Origin: a virus
Taxonomy: Duplodnaviria > Caudoviricetes
Virus record (IMG/VR): IMGVR_UViG_3300027362_000002
Coordinates: 1 to 52,086 of that record
Strand: one strand, 5' to 3'
Length of the DNA: 52,086 nucleotides
Of this stretch, positions 33,839-44,125 are shown piece by piece. Under the pieces are notes generated by a model, which was not told the origin of the DNA, searched no databases, and saw only the letters and a list, made by a program, of their open reading frames with translations. Numbering within the stretch: the first letter of the stretch is position 1; each line of letters starts with the position of its first letter. The position numbers and the translations under genes are program-made.

Positions 33839-34381
33839 ATGAGCTTCTTCATCGTCCCGATCGAGGGAGCCGGGACAAAAGCTGACCCAAGACGCCCTAA
33901 GTACATCCCGGCACTCGGCGTGCAATGGTCGATGTGTGACTTGGATGAGGCCGCAATCGTGTGGGCAGCTACCTCGCCATCGCAGGATACCGCTGTTGAT
34001 GCGAATGCCGACGCTACGCTGATTCCACCGCTTCAGAATTCGGTCAATGTCGCGCAGACACAGGCCGCACTAGAGGCGCTGAATATCCCGGCACAGTGGA
34101 TCACGTCTGCGATGACCTACCGAACGGTGCTTCGGGTAGTCGTCGGTATCGCTCAGTTCATCCAACGCACTGAGGGGCTGGGGCAGAAACTCACGCTAGC
34201 CGGCCGGCTAGATCTGACGATGTCGCAGATCCCGGTTGCCATCCGGGATGCTCTGCTCGCGGCTGCTGACTCTCTGAACATAGACCGCTCGGCCATAGTA
34301 GGCACGACGACCGTGCGTGAAGCATTGCGCGACTTGGGTCAGCAGTTCGCCCGCCGCAGAATAGTGATCGGTGATCTATGA
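33839..34381 (+). CDS. Hypothetical protein
   Basis: 180-aa ORF in the late operon. Confidence 0.65.
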   Translation: MSFFIVPIEGAGTKADPRRPKYIPALGVQWSMCDLDEAAIVWAATSPSQDTAVDANADATLIPPLQNSVNVAQTQAALEALNIPAQWITSAMTYRTVLRVVVGIAQFIQRTEGLGQKLTLAGRLDLTMSQIPVAIRDALLAAADSLNIDRSAIVGTTTVREALRDLGQQFARRRIVIGDL

Positions 34382-35613
34382 GCACCACTCTTGCATCGGA
34401 CGACTTCAACAGGTCGAACGAGAATCCGATTGCTGGTAATTGGTCGAAGCCGGCGTCTAATCCACCAGAAGCCGGCAAAATCCTTTCAAACGCTATCGTC
34501 GGGTCATCGGCCAGCGTCTCTGCAACAGCGTACTATAACGCAATTGCTTGGCCCGCTAATCAATGGTCGCAGGTGACTGTCGGCACGGTTAGCAGTGGTC
34601 GAACCCCCGGACCCGCTGTTCGCGTATCGGCGTCGGTGCATACCCAGTACAACATTGAACCCCATACGACAGCCGCGTCTTACACGATGTGGAAGTACGT
34701 TGCCGGGGTGACGACAGAGCTTGCCGCTTCTACCAACGCTATTGCCAGCGGAGATGTGGTTCGGCTCGATGTGTTTGGGCAGACTCTCATTGGGTTCAAA
34801 AACGGCGTAGCGAACCTATCGGCCACCGATAATACGATTGCAGAGGGCAATTCTGGCATTAAGCTGATCCTGAGTACAGATCCTAATGCCGACGACTGGT
34901 TTGGTGGTGAAACAAAAGACCTTTACTACGATGCCGCGGTAGAGGTCCAAAGGACCGGGACAACCGACCCACAGACGTGGACCCATACGCCAGCCGGTAC
35001 GCCGAAAGGTATCGTCGTCGCTATCTGCCACGGGACGGAATCGACTGATCTGGTATCGACAGTAACGTACGGTGGTGTTTCGATGGCGCGGGTTCGCTCC
35101 GACGCCGCGACATCAACGGAACCGGGTCGAACCTATCTGTACTTCCTGGGCGCTAGTATTCCGACCGGCAATCAAACGGTCAGCGTTGATCTAGCCTCGG
35201 CTACGGCGACCGACATTCACTTCGTGTCGATCTCGCTGGCTGGCGTAACCGGGAACATGGAGGTCATCGACAACGACGGCCAGAACGGGGTCGCGGCTAA
35301 TCCGTCACTGACCCTGCAATATGGCGGGCGGACAGCGTTGGCAATTGCTGTGCTGTACTCTGGTGTCACCAACGTAGTAACTGGCGTCGCGCCGAATGCG
35401 AACTGCGTGCTTGTCCATGATTTCGACATCGCCGCATTCGGCTCGTCTGTGTTCCGGCAGCGAGCATCAGGAACTGCTGATTTCGTAATCGGAGCTACGG
35501 TCGCATCGGACGATGTGGCCTATAGCTGCCTGGCTGTGGCTGAGATTCCGTCGGCTCGTCTGCCGCCCGGAGTATTCCTGAGGCAAGCGGTGAAACGCGC
35601 AGCGTATTACTAG
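34378..35613 (+). CDS. Putative structural protein with two beta-sandwich (lectin-like) domains
   Basis: SDDFNR...W, GD.VRL.V.G, KNGV pattern; Ser/Thr-rich. Confidence 0.6.
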   Translation: MSTTLASDDFNRSNENPIAGNWSKPASNPPEAGKILSNAIVGSSASVSATAYYNAIAWPANQWSQVTVGTVSSGRTPGPAVRVSASVHTQYNIEPHTTAASYTMWKYVAGVTTELAASTNAIASGDVVRLDVFGQTLIGFKNGVANLSATDNTIAEGNSGIKLILSTDPNADDWFGGETKDLYYDAAVEVQRTGTTDPQTWTHTPAGTPKGIVVAICHGTESTDLVSTVTYGGVSMARVRSDAATSTEPGRTYLYFLGASIPTGNQTVSVDLASATATDIHFVSISLAGVTGNMEVIDNDGQNGVAANPSLTLQYGGRTALAIAVLYSGVTNVVTGVAPNANCVLVHDFDIAAFGSSVFRQRASGTADFVIGATVASDDVAYSCLAVAEIPSARLPPGVFLRQAVKRAAYY

Positions 35614-36137
35614 CGGCGAACCCTATGGCAAATAATTGCATTGACATAGGTCGTGGATGTCTGGAATTCGGCCGCAAGTGCAACCTGCGAGATTCCGCCG
35701 GCAGCGTAGCGCTGTCGCATCTCTGTGACTTGCGAATCGGTGAATCTGGAAAACCCGTTTCGCTCCCCATTGCAGGGCGCGTTCTTGCGGCGACCCTTGA
35801 TGTCCATGTCGCGCGTATTCTCAGCATGCGTGCCGAGGAACAAATGCTTTGGGTTGACGCATGCCCTGTTATCGCATGTATGGCAGACGCAGATACCGCT
35901 CGGAATCTCCCCGAAATGGATACGGTAACTCATTCTGTGAGCCAACACGACGGAAGTTCCATCCCAGGCCCTGCCATAGTATCTACTCGCAGATTGACTA
36001 TTCCAAAGCCAACACGCGGAGTCTGCTCCTTTGTGCACATGGCTCCAAAATCGTGCGATTGGGTCGCCGCCTGTGCCTATAGGGCCCCATCGAGCCAAAG
36101 ACCCACGTTTCCCACTTTCGCTGCGCGTCAGTGCCAT
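35610..36137 (-). CDS. HNH homing endonuclease with a C-terminal HTH
   Basis: [30 protein letters not shown]...N..DM; inverted in the late operon. Confidence 0.9.
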   Translation of the reverse strand: MALTRSESGKRGSLARWGPIGTGGDPIARFWSHVHKGADSACWLWNSQSASRYYGRAWDGTSVVLAHRMSYRIHFGEIPSGICVCHTCDNRACVNPKHLFLGTHAENTRDMDIKGRRKNAPCNGERNGFSRFTDSQVTEMRQRYAAGGISQVALAAEFQTSTTYVNAIICHRVRR

Positions 36138-36143
36138 TGACAG

Positions 36144-36152
36144 ATTATAGCA
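36144..36152 (-). promoter_or_regulatory. Extended -10 promoter, likely leaderless HNH mRNA
   Basis: TGCTATAAT ends 6 nt before the ATG; no RBS. Confidence 0.55.
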
Positions 36153-36162
36153 CGGTGGTGAT

Positions 36163-37482
36163 ATGGCACGCTTAGGCCGCGGGCAACCGTTTAAACCGCT
36201 TGTCCAGAAATTCAAGGTCAAGGGCGTCCACTCAGCGACCGGAGCCCTTGCGGCTGGTGCGGCGACAATTGCCGGTACGGCAGCGCATCTCACGCTGCAC
36301 ACGTCGACCGGTGCCCTAGCGGCCGGCGCTGCGATAGTCGCTGGTGCGGCTGTACGCACGACGATTCATACGTCGACGGGAGCACTGGCGGCTCAGGCGG
36401 CAACGGTAGTTGGTAGCGCAGCGCACCTAACGCTCCACACGTCAACTGGTGCTTTAGTTGCCGGCGCGGCAACGGTAGCCGGCACGGCTGCACAGACACA
36501 CGCATCTACCGGGGTACTGGCTGCTCAGGCGGCTACGGTCGCTGGTTCAGCCGCGCACCTGACGCTCCATACATCGACAGGGGCATTAGCCAGCGCGGCA
36601 TCGACGGTAGCCGGCACAGCAGCGCATCTCACGCTGCACACGGCGACGGGAGCACTGGCGGCGGGTAGCGCTACGGCTGCGGGTTCGGCAAACCGCGTCC
36701 TCACGCATACGTCGACCGGAGCATTGGCGGCTGCGGCTGCGGTAGTCGCTGGCTCGGCAACGCATCTCACGCTCCACACCTCAACTGGCGCGCTTGCATC
36801 TGGTGCCGCTACCGTTGCAGGCTCGGCCAAATATCTGCACGATGCGACGGGCTCGCTCGCCGCACAGTCTGCGGCAGCCGCCGGCTCGGCGGCTAGAACC
36901 GCCCTGCACACATCTACAGGTGTGCTCGCGGCTGGTGCGGCTACTACTTCTGGATCGGCCTCGCGCAGCGCTCCACTGCATGATGCGACGGGCTCTTTGC
37001 TCGCTCAGTCTGCAAGCGCGGCTGGTATCGCCGATCACAAGACGTTGCACACCGCGACCGGTGCAGTTGCGGCAGGTGTGGCGGCGGTTTCCGGCACGGC
37101 GGCGCGCATACACGCGTCGAGCGGCATTTTGGTCGCTGGGCTATCGGCTGTATCCGGTTCCGCGTTGCATCTCAGGTTGCACGCCGGCACAGGGAATCTC
37201 AGCGCACAAGCGGCAGCGGTGGTCGGCGCCGCGATGCGGTTCGGACTGCACATTGCGACGGGCTCACTAACGGCCGGCAGTGCAGACGTTGACGGCCAAT
37301 CGCTAATTGGCGAAGTCGTCATTCACGGGATCATTTCGGCGGCGCGCAAGGCACGGACCGCGGAACGCGAACGTCATAACGAGCACGCAATGGCGCGGAC
37401 GAACGAGCCAACAGGACGACGCAACAACCCGCAAGGGGCGAAACGCACGAACACGCATACATCGAGACGCATCAAACCATGA
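36163..37482 (+). CDS. Repeat fibre-like protein with 16 units of 21-24 aa ([23 protein letters not shown])
   Basis: Repeats counted directly; basic C-terminal tail. Confidence 0.75.
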   Translation: MARLGRGQPFKPLVQKFKVKGVHSATGALAAGAATIAGTAAHLTLHTSTGALAAGAAIVAGAAVRTTIHTSTGALAAQAATVVGSAAHLTLHTSTGALVAGAATVAGTAAQTHASTGVLAAQAATVAGSAAHLTLHTSTGALASAASTVAGTAAHLTLHTATGALAAGSATAAGSANRVLTHTSTGALAAAAAVVAGSATHLTLHTSTGALASGAATVAGSAKYLHDATGSLAAQSAAAAGSAARTALHTSTGVLAAGAATTSGSASRSAPLHDATGSLLAQSASAAGIADHKTLHTATGAVAAGVAAVSGTAARIHASSGILVAGLSAVSGSALHLRLHAGTGNLSAQAAAVVGAAMRFGLHIATGSLTAGSADVDGQSLIGEVVIHGIISAARKARTAERERHNEHAMARTNEPTGRRNNPQGAKRTNTHTSRRIKP

Positions 37483-38096
37483 TCCCGAAAATCATCGCAC
37501 CGCCAGAGACCGAGCCGCTGACGATCGAGGAATGTCGCGCCCATCTCGAGGTGCAGCCCTACGTGGTCGATACCGATGGTGTCGGTACGCATCCACACGA
37601 CGATATGATTATGGCGATGCAAGGGTCGGCGCGCGAATTCTGCGAACTGTTCACGGGCTTGGCGATCGGCCAGCAGACACTGGAGATAGCACTAGATGCA
37701 TTCCCGTCCGCTGAGATAGAGTTGCCGCGTCCGCCAGTCGTCGCTATCGTGAGCGTCAAGTATTACGATGCTGACGAAATACTACAGACATTGGCAGACA
37801 ATCTCTACGTGCTGGACAACTACCAACTCCCCGGATGGCTGCTACCGTCGATCGGCACCACTTGGCCGGCGACCCTAGGAGCTGCAAACGCCGTGAAGGT
37901 CCGTTATCTCGCGGGCTATGGCGTCACGTCGGACGGTGGCGAGCCTCTACCGTATGCCATCAGGGCGGCGATGCTGCTGATGCTCGGGCACCTGTACGCG
38001 AATCGTGAATCGGTTGCAGCAGGAACGATAGTCGAGGTGCCGCTCGGCGTCGAGGCGCTACTCCGCCCGCTGCGTATCCGTTTGGGGATGGCGTGA
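37479..38096 (+). CDS. Head-tail connector (gp6-like)
   Basis: PP..EPLT.EE.RAHL, P..IRAA.LL..GHLY.NRE. Confidence 0.9.
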   Translation: MIPKIIAPPETEPLTIEECRAHLEVQPYVVDTDGVGTHPHDDMIMAMQGSAREFCELFTGLAIGQQTLEIALDAFPSAEIELPRPPVVAIVSVKYYDADEILQTLADNLYVLDNYQLPGWLLPSIGTTWPATLGAANAVKVRYLAGYGVTSDGGEPLPYAIRAAMLLMLGHLYANRESVAAGTIVEVPLGVEALLRPLRIRLGMA

Positions 38097-38431
38097 AAGC
38101 AGGACCGCTGCGTCACTTCGTCACCTTCGACGAACTCGTGGTCGACATCGATTCGGACGGCAACCAACTAGAGTCATGGGTTCCTGCGTTCGATGGGCAG
38201 CAGTTGTCGGCAGAGATCGCTCCACTGAGCGGGCGAGAACTGATCGCTGCGCAGGCTGTTCAGTCGAAGGTTTCGACGCGGCTCAAGGTTCGGTATCGCC
38301 CGGGGTTTAAGGCGAGCATGCGTGCGATCCATTTTGATGTGATCTACAACATCGAGGCTGTAATTCCAGACCCTGAAAGCGGTATAGGATGGTTGACGCT
38401 GATGTGTACGTCTGGCACGAATGAAGGATGA
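38093..38431 (+). CDS. Head closure / head-tail adaptor
   Basis: AG.LRH.VT, A.I.PLSGRE...AQ, RYRPG....MR, YNI.AV.PD. Confidence 0.9.
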   Translation: MKAGPLRHFVTFDELVVDIDSDGNQLESWVPAFDGQQLSAEIAPLSGRELIAAQAVQSKVSTRLKVRYRPGFKASMRAIHFDVIYNIEAVIPDPESGIGWLTLMCTSGTNEG

Positions 38432-39041
38432 CGGGAAGTCCAAATGGGTCGGTCGGTGGGCGGGCCGCACGGTAGTCTGCGTTGCCAGTGGTCCGAGCCT
38501 CACGGCCGAGGATTGCGAACGCATCCATGCCGCAGGACTGCCTGCCATTGCAGTTAACCTGTCGTTTCGTCGTGCACCGTGGGCTGATGTGCTGTTTGCG
38601 ATGGATGCTCGTTGGTGGCAGGAATACCGGGCTGAAGTCGATAAGACATTCCGCGGCGAGCGTATGACGACAGTTGCCACGGGGCGGCGACACGGTGCGC
38701 AGACGACCTATGGTTCGACATGGTATCGGTCGATGGGCAATTCCGGCGCTGGAGCTATCTCGCTCGCGGTGGCCGGCGGTGCTGCGCGGATCATCCTGCT
38801 CGGATTCGATGGTCAAAAAACAGGCGGGCGCATCCATTGGCACGATGACTACCCGGAGCCGATGAGCAACGCGATTAGCATGAAGATGTGGCCCGGCAAG
38901 TTCGCCAAAGCGGCGGCCTACGCGAAGCGGTGCGGCAGTGTCGTCGTGAACTGCTCACGCGAAACCGCGTTGACGTGTTTCGAGCGTGGCGATTTAGATC
39001 AAGAGTTAGGGTTAGTCTCTATTCCTGAACTGGCAGCTTAG
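38421..39041 (+). CDS. Maf/DUF115-like protein (sialyltransferase-like Rossmann fold), putative glycosyltransferase
   Basis: TVVCVASGPSL, IAVN, D.LFAMD..WW, NSG..AI.LA...GA.RIILLGFD. Confidence 0.7.
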   Translation: MKDDGKSKWVGRWAGRTVVCVASGPSLTAEDCERIHAAGLPAIAVNLSFRRAPWADVLFAMDARWWQEYRAEVDKTFRGERMTTVATGRRHGAQTTYGSTWYRSMGNSGAGAISLAVAGGAARIILLGFDGQKTGGRIHWHDDYPEPMSNAISMKMWPGKFAKAAAYAKRCGSVVVNCSRETALTCFERGDLDQELGLVSIPELAA

Positions 39042-39077
39042 ATGCAAGATCAATGCTCCACTATTGGAGTCATTTTT

Positions 39078-39428
39078 ATGGATTACGAGTTTACGGTATC
39101 GTTCAAAGTAGAACATAGCAAGAAGGATCGCATGTTCGTTGCTTATGCAACCTATGGAAACAGGATTAGCGAGGGCAATGGCACGTCACTGAACGTTGCG
39201 TGCCGCAATGCCTTGCGAGCACTCCCGCTCGGCAGTCTGCTTCCTGTTCAATTATCGATAGGGAACGAAAGTGAATACCCATATCGAGTGATCGCCGGGA
39301 AAAAGAACTGTCATAGATGCAAGATTGAAGAAGAAGGGACCACGCTTAATGGCGAGAAAATGCTACGTGTACGATATGACAACGGCGACACGGGATACGA
39401 AGACCCTAAATTCTTGATGAAGTGTTGA
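39078..39428 (+). CDS. Hypothetical protein (AT-richer insert)
   Basis: GGAG RBS before ATG 39078. Confidence 0.55.
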   Translation: MDYEFTVSFKVEHSKKDRMFVAYATYGNRISEGNGTSLNVACRNALRALPLGSLLPVQLSIGNESEYPYRVIAGKKNCHRCKIEEEGTTLNGEKMLRVRYDNGDTGYEDPKFLMKC

Positions 39429-39616
39429 GCGACATGATTCTGAGATTGAATGGTGAGCGTGGCAATACGCTAGAAGTGACGGAGAACGACAATCATCTTC
39501 TCGTATACATTATCGAAGAAAACGATTCGGGCATCTTCCGCCTAACAACATCACAAGCGAGGGCATTAGCTAACGCGCTCGTGATTTGGTCAGATGAGAT
39601 CGATTCGAGGCGGTAG
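39422..39616 (+). CDS. Hypothetical protein
   Basis: LT.SQAR.LA.AL motif. Confidence 0.55.
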   Translation: MLSDMILRLNGERGNTLEVTENDNHLLVYIIEENDSGIFRLTTSQARALANALVIWSDEIDSRR

Positions 39617-40361
39617 CGGTCTAGGCGACGCGATCTATGTGCAGGCCATCGCTCGCCATCTGGTACGAAAAGGCGAACGGCTGCAAGTCTGCTCGGCGTG
39701 GCCTGACGTGTTCCGGCCTTTGGGCGACAGCGTGGAGGTGGTGCCGTTCAGGCGCGGTGGCGTCGATATCTTGGCTCACTACTCGCTGCGCAAACCGATT
39801 GATGGGACGACGCAGTTTCAGGACTGCTGCATTCAGGCAGGGATCACAGAGCCGGTGGAGTTGCGACTCGACTGGCAACCGTCGAGCGTGCCGATCATGC
39901 GTAATGGATTGCCGGTGGTCTGCGTGCAGTTGCCGCGGGCGCCGATGAATCGGAGAGATGGATTCGGCTCTGAGCTGCTCCCTGACTGCCGGGTGATCCA
40001 AACGCTGATCGACGAACTTTCAGGCCGCGCTCTTATTGTGCTGATCGGGTCAGGAAAACCGCTGTTCAAGTTCACCGGTATCGATGTCGATCTGTCGAAT
40101 TCAACGACAGTGCCCGAGTTGTTCGACATGGCTCATATGGCCGACGCATTCATAGGCTACCCATCGTTCATCATTCCGTTGGCTGAAGCTCTAGACAAAC
40201 CATCGCTGCTAGTCTGGTCGAGTCGCGGTCTGCGGGCGCCGCAAAAGTACGTCAGGCAGATCACGCCGCGCAAGGTGCTGCATAAACCATCATCGCACCA
40301 TGTTGTCGACGACTGGCCGCGTGAAAGGATTCTCGGGGCGCTTGGTGGCTTACTTCTGTGA
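39594..40361 (+). CDS. GT9 (ADP-heptose transferase)-like glycosyltransferase
   Basis: N-terminal GLGDA; DLSN.TTV.EL..M...ADAFIG.PS...LAEAL.KP, the GT9 C-terminal signature pattern. Confidence 0.7.
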   Translation: MRSIRGGSGLGDAIYVQAIARHLVRKGERLQVCSAWPDVFRPLGDSVEVVPFRRGGVDILAHYSLRKPIDGTTQFQDCCIQAGITEPVELRLDWQPSSVPIMRNGLPVVCVQLPRAPMNRRDGFGSELLPDCRVIQTLIDELSGRALIVLIGSGKPLFKFTGIDVDLSNSTTVPELFDMAHMADAFIGYPSFIIPLAEALDKPSLLVWSSRGLRAPQKYVRQITPRKVLHKPSSHHVVDDWPRERILGALGGLLL

Positions 40362-41016
40362 TCGGTCAGTGGTGCGAGGGGTGATCGGCGGCAAACGTGT
40401 AGCAATCGTCGGCAGCGGTCCGGGGTGTCTAGATAACGAGCCGGGGTTCATCGACTCGCACGAGGTCGTGGTTAGGATCAACAACTACAAGCTATTCTCG
40501 CAGACCGGGCGCCGGGTCGATGTCTACTACTCATATTTCGGTGGGGCGATCAAGAAAACTCGCTATCAACTACTCGACGATGGCGTGAAACTGTGCGTCG
40601 CGAAGTGCCCTAACGCGCAGTTCATGCAGTCTGCATGGCACCGGAAGAACCGTAAATTGAACGGTATAGATTTCAGGATGATCTACGAGCGGCGCAAAGG
40701 ATTCTGGTTTTGCCCGACCTACGTTCCCACGGTCGAGGAGTTCATGAGCTACTTCACGCTGCTCGGCGATCATGTGCCGACGACTGGGTTTTCTGCACTG
40801 CTAGATGTGCTGTCGTGTGAGCCGGCCGAAGTTTTTATGACTGGGTTCGATTTTTTTGACTCGGGGATTCACAACGTGACAGAGCGCTGGCGTCTGCAAA
40901 ATGTCGATGATCCGATCGGGCACGTACCGGAGACGGAACGGCAGTGGCTGGCAGCGCACCTATCGCGCTATCCGATCACGACGGACAAGAGACTGACCGA
41001 GGCGCTGTTGAGATGA
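40345..41016 (+). CDS. GT29 (sialyltransferase/Kdo-transferase)-like glycosyltransferase
   Basis: Sialylmotif L-like KRVAIVGSGP...IDSHEVVVRIN, S-like PTTG..AL...GFDFF, VS-like H....E. Confidence 0.78.
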   Translation: MAYFCDRSVVRGVIGGKRVAIVGSGPGCLDNEPGFIDSHEVVVRINNYKLFSQTGRRVDVYYSYFGGAIKKTRYQLLDDGVKLCVAKCPNAQFMQSAWHRKNRKLNGIDFRMIYERRKGFWFCPTYVPTVEEFMSYFTLLGDHVPTTGFSALLDVLSCEPAEVFMTGFDFFDSGIHNVTERWRLQNVDDPIGHVPETERQWLAAHLSRYPITTDKRLTEALLR

Positions 41017-41071
41017 CAACTAGGGTTAACCCTTAAAAACAATAGAGTCGTCTGATGCTAAAACATCAGAC

Positions 41072-41908
41072 ATGACAAAGACATCAGACTCTGGCGCTTC
41101 GATGAATTACGATTCTGGCCCTAAGCGTCATTGGAGACGTTGGGTATGGAACAGAATAACAGAACGTGTTGTATCACCTCGTGATGCTTTAGTGCTCTAT
41201 CTTGCTGGTCTTCATGACTTCGATAGAGCTATCGCAAAAACTCGCGGCTTTCATGACAACAACCTGATTGCCATAGAACGCGACAAGAGTACACGTGAAC
41301 ATTTGCGACAAAATGGCGTCCTCACGATAGATGCGAACTTGTTCGATGCAGTGCTACCAGCGGCGACCAATCGGCATATAGACGTTGTATTTGCTGATTT
41401 GTGCAGCGGACTTACTGCGCATGTGGTAAGAAGTTTAGTGCTGTGGATGTTCGTACCAACGATGTTTGATTGCGTGTTTGTTTTCAATATGCTTCGTGGA
41501 AGGGATGCAGAATCTAATCGATTGCGTTCCTATATGAAAGATGGCGCAACTCATGAAGAACACTACAAACATAGAGGATGGGTGTTATTCAACATAATGG
41601 TGGGGCGCGCTATCAAATGCACTGAGACAATAGAACTTACAGATCAACTATATGAGAGTGCGTCTATGCGCGTATGGGATCTGTCAAACCCGGCGTTTCA
41701 TTCGTACAGGAGTACATCTAACCAAACGTTTGACACTTTGGTTTTTAGAAACCCTATAGGTGGTTGTGTTGTTAGCGATGAAAATAGGAATCGCGCTTGG
41801 AATGAAATGAAGAAAAGTGTGGCGCGCAATGGATTGAATAAAACTCCAACGTATAGAGCAACGGCAGCGATCATGGCGCATCGCACAATGAGAAATAATG
41901 GCAAATGA
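41072..41908 (+). CDS. Divergent SAM-methyltransferase-fold protein (AT-richer insert)
   Basis: VLYLAG, LIAIERD, IDVVFADLCSG. Confidence 0.5.
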   Translation: MTKTSDSGASMNYDSGPKRHWRRWVWNRITERVVSPRDALVLYLAGLHDFDRAIAKTRGFHDNNLIAIERDKSTREHLRQNGVLTIDANLFDAVLPAATNRHIDVVFADLCSGLTAHVVRSLVLWMFVPTMFDCVFVFNMLRGRDAESNRLRSYMKDGATHEEHYKHRGWVLFNIMVGRAIKCTETIELTDQLYESASMRVWDLSNPAFHSYRSTSNQTFDTLVFRNPIGGCVVSDENRNRAWNEMKKSVARNGLNKTPTYRATAAIMAHRTMRNNGK

Positions 41909-42381
41909 TCTACGAATACAACGGATCGCTGTACCCGGACTACCTAAAGGGCGGGAATGCGATGCAGTTCATTGCGCCGGCTGCGCTGCATTTTTGCAAA
42001 GGGTACGGGTTGGATATCGGCGCTAGTAAGTGGCCGCTACCTGGCGCTGTGCCGATTGACTGGCAGAATGGAGGCGATGCACTTGATCTGCCGCGTGATC
42101 CGTGCGACTACATCTTTTCGAGCCATTGTCTCGAACATCTGGTGAACCCGATCGCGGCGCTAGAGCATTGGAAAGATATCCTTCGGCCAGGCGGCGTGCT
42201 GTTTCTCTACCTCCCGCATCCAGACATGGAATACTGGCTACCCCAGAATTGCCGCAAGCATCTACACTCGTGGCGTCCGGCTGACATGGCTAAGATCGTC
42301 TCTGATCTTGGGTTCTTCAACGTGATTCATTCCGAACGTGATCTGGCGTGGTCATTCGCTGTCGTGGGGTTCAAGGCATGA
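41905..42381 (+). CDS. Class I SAM-dependent methyltransferase
   Basis: GLDIGA, DYIFSSHCLEHL, W..ILRPGG.LFLYLP. Confidence 0.88.
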   Translation: MIYEYNGSLYPDYLKGGNAMQFIAPAALHFCKGYGLDIGASKWPLPGAVPIDWQNGGDALDLPRDPCDYIFSSHCLEHLVNPIAALEHWKDILRPGGVLFLYLPHPDMEYWLPQNCRKHLHSWRPADMAKIVSDLGFFNVIHSERDLAWSFAVVGFKA

Positions 42382-42926
42382 CACTCGCCGCCAAGATCGT
42401 CTCGCACTACGGACCGGCCGCGCTCAACAAGTCCGTGCTCAGCATCCGCGATGGTGGCGGCGTATTCGAGCGAGTGCTCGGCGGAAGACAATACAAACGA
42501 GTGCTCGAAATCGGCACCTATCGTGGGGTGTCTGCGGCCGAGATGTCGCAATACTGTGATCGTGTCACCACGATCGATCTGGTACACGGCAAACTTGAAC
42601 GTATGGGTGAGACGTGGGACCGGCATGCATTCTGGTCTACGCTCGGACGCGAGAACATCGATCTGATCCTCGTTGAGAACGACAGGCAGAAGGCTCGCGC
42701 TATCAACAGCCTACAGTTCGACTTCGCGTTCATCGACGGGGCGCACGATGACCCGGACGTGATCCGCAGCGACTTTGAACTTGTGCGTCGCTGTGGGGCG
42801 GTATTGTTCCATGATGTCGACCGACGTGGCAAGCGCGAGCAGGACTACGTGATCGATTTCGTCGAGAGTCTGCCGGCGCATCAGGTGCAGAAACTGGATA
42901 TCTTTGCCATATGGACAGATTCATAG
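42378..42926 (+). CDS. Class I SAM-dependent methyltransferase (Methyltransf_24-like)
   Basis: VLEIGTYRGVS, FDFAFIDGAH, VLFHD. Confidence 0.88.
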   Translation: MTLAAKIVSHYGPAALNKSVLSIRDGGGVFERVLGGRQYKRVLEIGTYRGVSAAEMSQYCDRVTTIDLVHGKLERMGETWDRHAFWSTLGRENIDLILVENDRQKARAINSLQFDFAFIDGAHDDPDVIRSDFELVRRCGAVLFHDVDRRGKREQDYVIDFVESLPAHQVQKLDIFAIWTDS

Positions 42927-43555
42927 CCGCATTGCCGGCCGAGGCCGATGGTGACTTGATGCTGTGCAGGCAGCACGGCATAGCGTACCAGCGCGACCGC
43001 TCGCACATCGTGGCCTACGATGAGGACTATTACAATAAGTGCCTGAGTTACGAAGATCAGGAGATCGCGCGCAAGATCAATACTGGGAGAATCAATCTTG
43101 TCGCCGATTGGTTCGGTACCGGTAAGGTGGTCGACATTGGCATAGGCTCAGGCGAGTTCATGAAGCTCCGGCCGAATACCTACGGTTACGATATCAACCC
43201 GGTCGCGATCGAATGGCTGAAGCGCAATGATCTGTGGGCGCAACGACTCAATGAGTTCGGGGCGCACACGTATTGGGACGTGATCGAACACCTGTCTGAT
43301 CCAGAGCGATACTTGCAGCACGTTCCGCTACACGGGTTCGTGTTTGCCAGCATGCCGCTGTTCCAGGATTTGGATTCAATCCGCAAGTCAAAGCACTATC
43401 GGCCCGGCGAGCACTTGTATTATTGGACGGTCGATGGATTCGCTGACTGGATGACGCTGCACGGGTTTATGATGCTCGATCGTCAGACGTTCGAGATAGT
43501 CGCTGGCCGCGACTCGATCTACAGTTTTGCGTTCAAGCGCTACGGGTGGACATGA
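42911..43555 (+). CDS. Class I SAM-dependent methyltransferase
   Basis: VVDIGIGSG, YGYDINP, WDVIEHL.DP, EHLYYW. Confidence 0.85.
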   Translation: MDRFIAALPAEADGDLMLCRQHGIAYQRDRSHIVAYDEDYYNKCLSYEDQEIARKINTGRINLVADWFGTGKVVDIGIGSGEFMKLRPNTYGYDINPVAIEWLKRNDLWAQRLNEFGAHTYWDVIEHLSDPERYLQHVPLHGFVFASMPLFQDLDSIRKSKHYRPGEHLYYWTVDGFADWMTLHGFMMLDRQTFEIVAGRDSIYSFAFKRYGWT

Positions 43556-43754
43556 CTTGAGTTACTTGCACCAACTCAGCTAAGCACAGTGGGCATAGAC
43601 GCCCTGGCAACATAACCATTCCATCGGGTACGCCGAGTGCCTTTATCTCATCGTCGCGGACGCAGATCAATCGCACAGCAACTATGTCACCGTGCTTTGT
43701 ACAGTGATCCAGAGGTGCATCAGGCATCACTTTGCGGTGCCACCAGTTTTTCAT
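43533..43754 (-). CDS. Small zinc-finger-like protein
   Basis: CTKHG...CPLC; ATGA coupling. Confidence 0.55.
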   Translation of the reverse strand: MKNWWHRKVMPDAPLDHCTKHGDIVAVRLICVRDDEIKALGVPDGMVMLPGRLCPLCLAELVQVTQVMSTRSA

Positions 43755-44125
43755 TTGATACGACTCCCAACTTTGACGGCGCGCTTTATGCTTGCGCTCA
43801 ATACATCCATCTCAGCCGCAATTCGCAGCAGACCAACAGCAAAGGAGCCATCTTTACGACAGTCGGCAATGTCTTCGCGCAACATCTTAGTGATGTCAAT
43901 CCGCAAGACAGGTGGCGCAACATCTTCTCTGTTAGTGGCGAAGACTGTCAATGCATTCCGCGGCATCCGCCCAGCACCCTCTTGCATTTCGCCCCACACG
44001 GCAGGAATCCAGAAGTCAAGACCATCAAGCACAAGATCAGCACACTTCTTGCAGAATGCGTTTGCTACAGCGCTAGAGAGTTCGGGCTGTCCAAACTCCC
44101 AGCCTGACCAATTACGTCTACTCAT
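43751..44125 (-). CDS. Hypothetical protein (inverted insert)
   Basis: AAGGAG RBS before ATG 44125. Confidence 0.6.
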   Translation of the reverse strand: MSRRNWSGWEFGQPELSSAVANAFCKKCADLVLDGLDFWIPAVWGEMQEGAGRMPRNALTVFATNREDVAPPVLRIDITKMLREDIADCRKDGSFAVGLLRIAAEMDVLSASIKRAVKVGSRIK

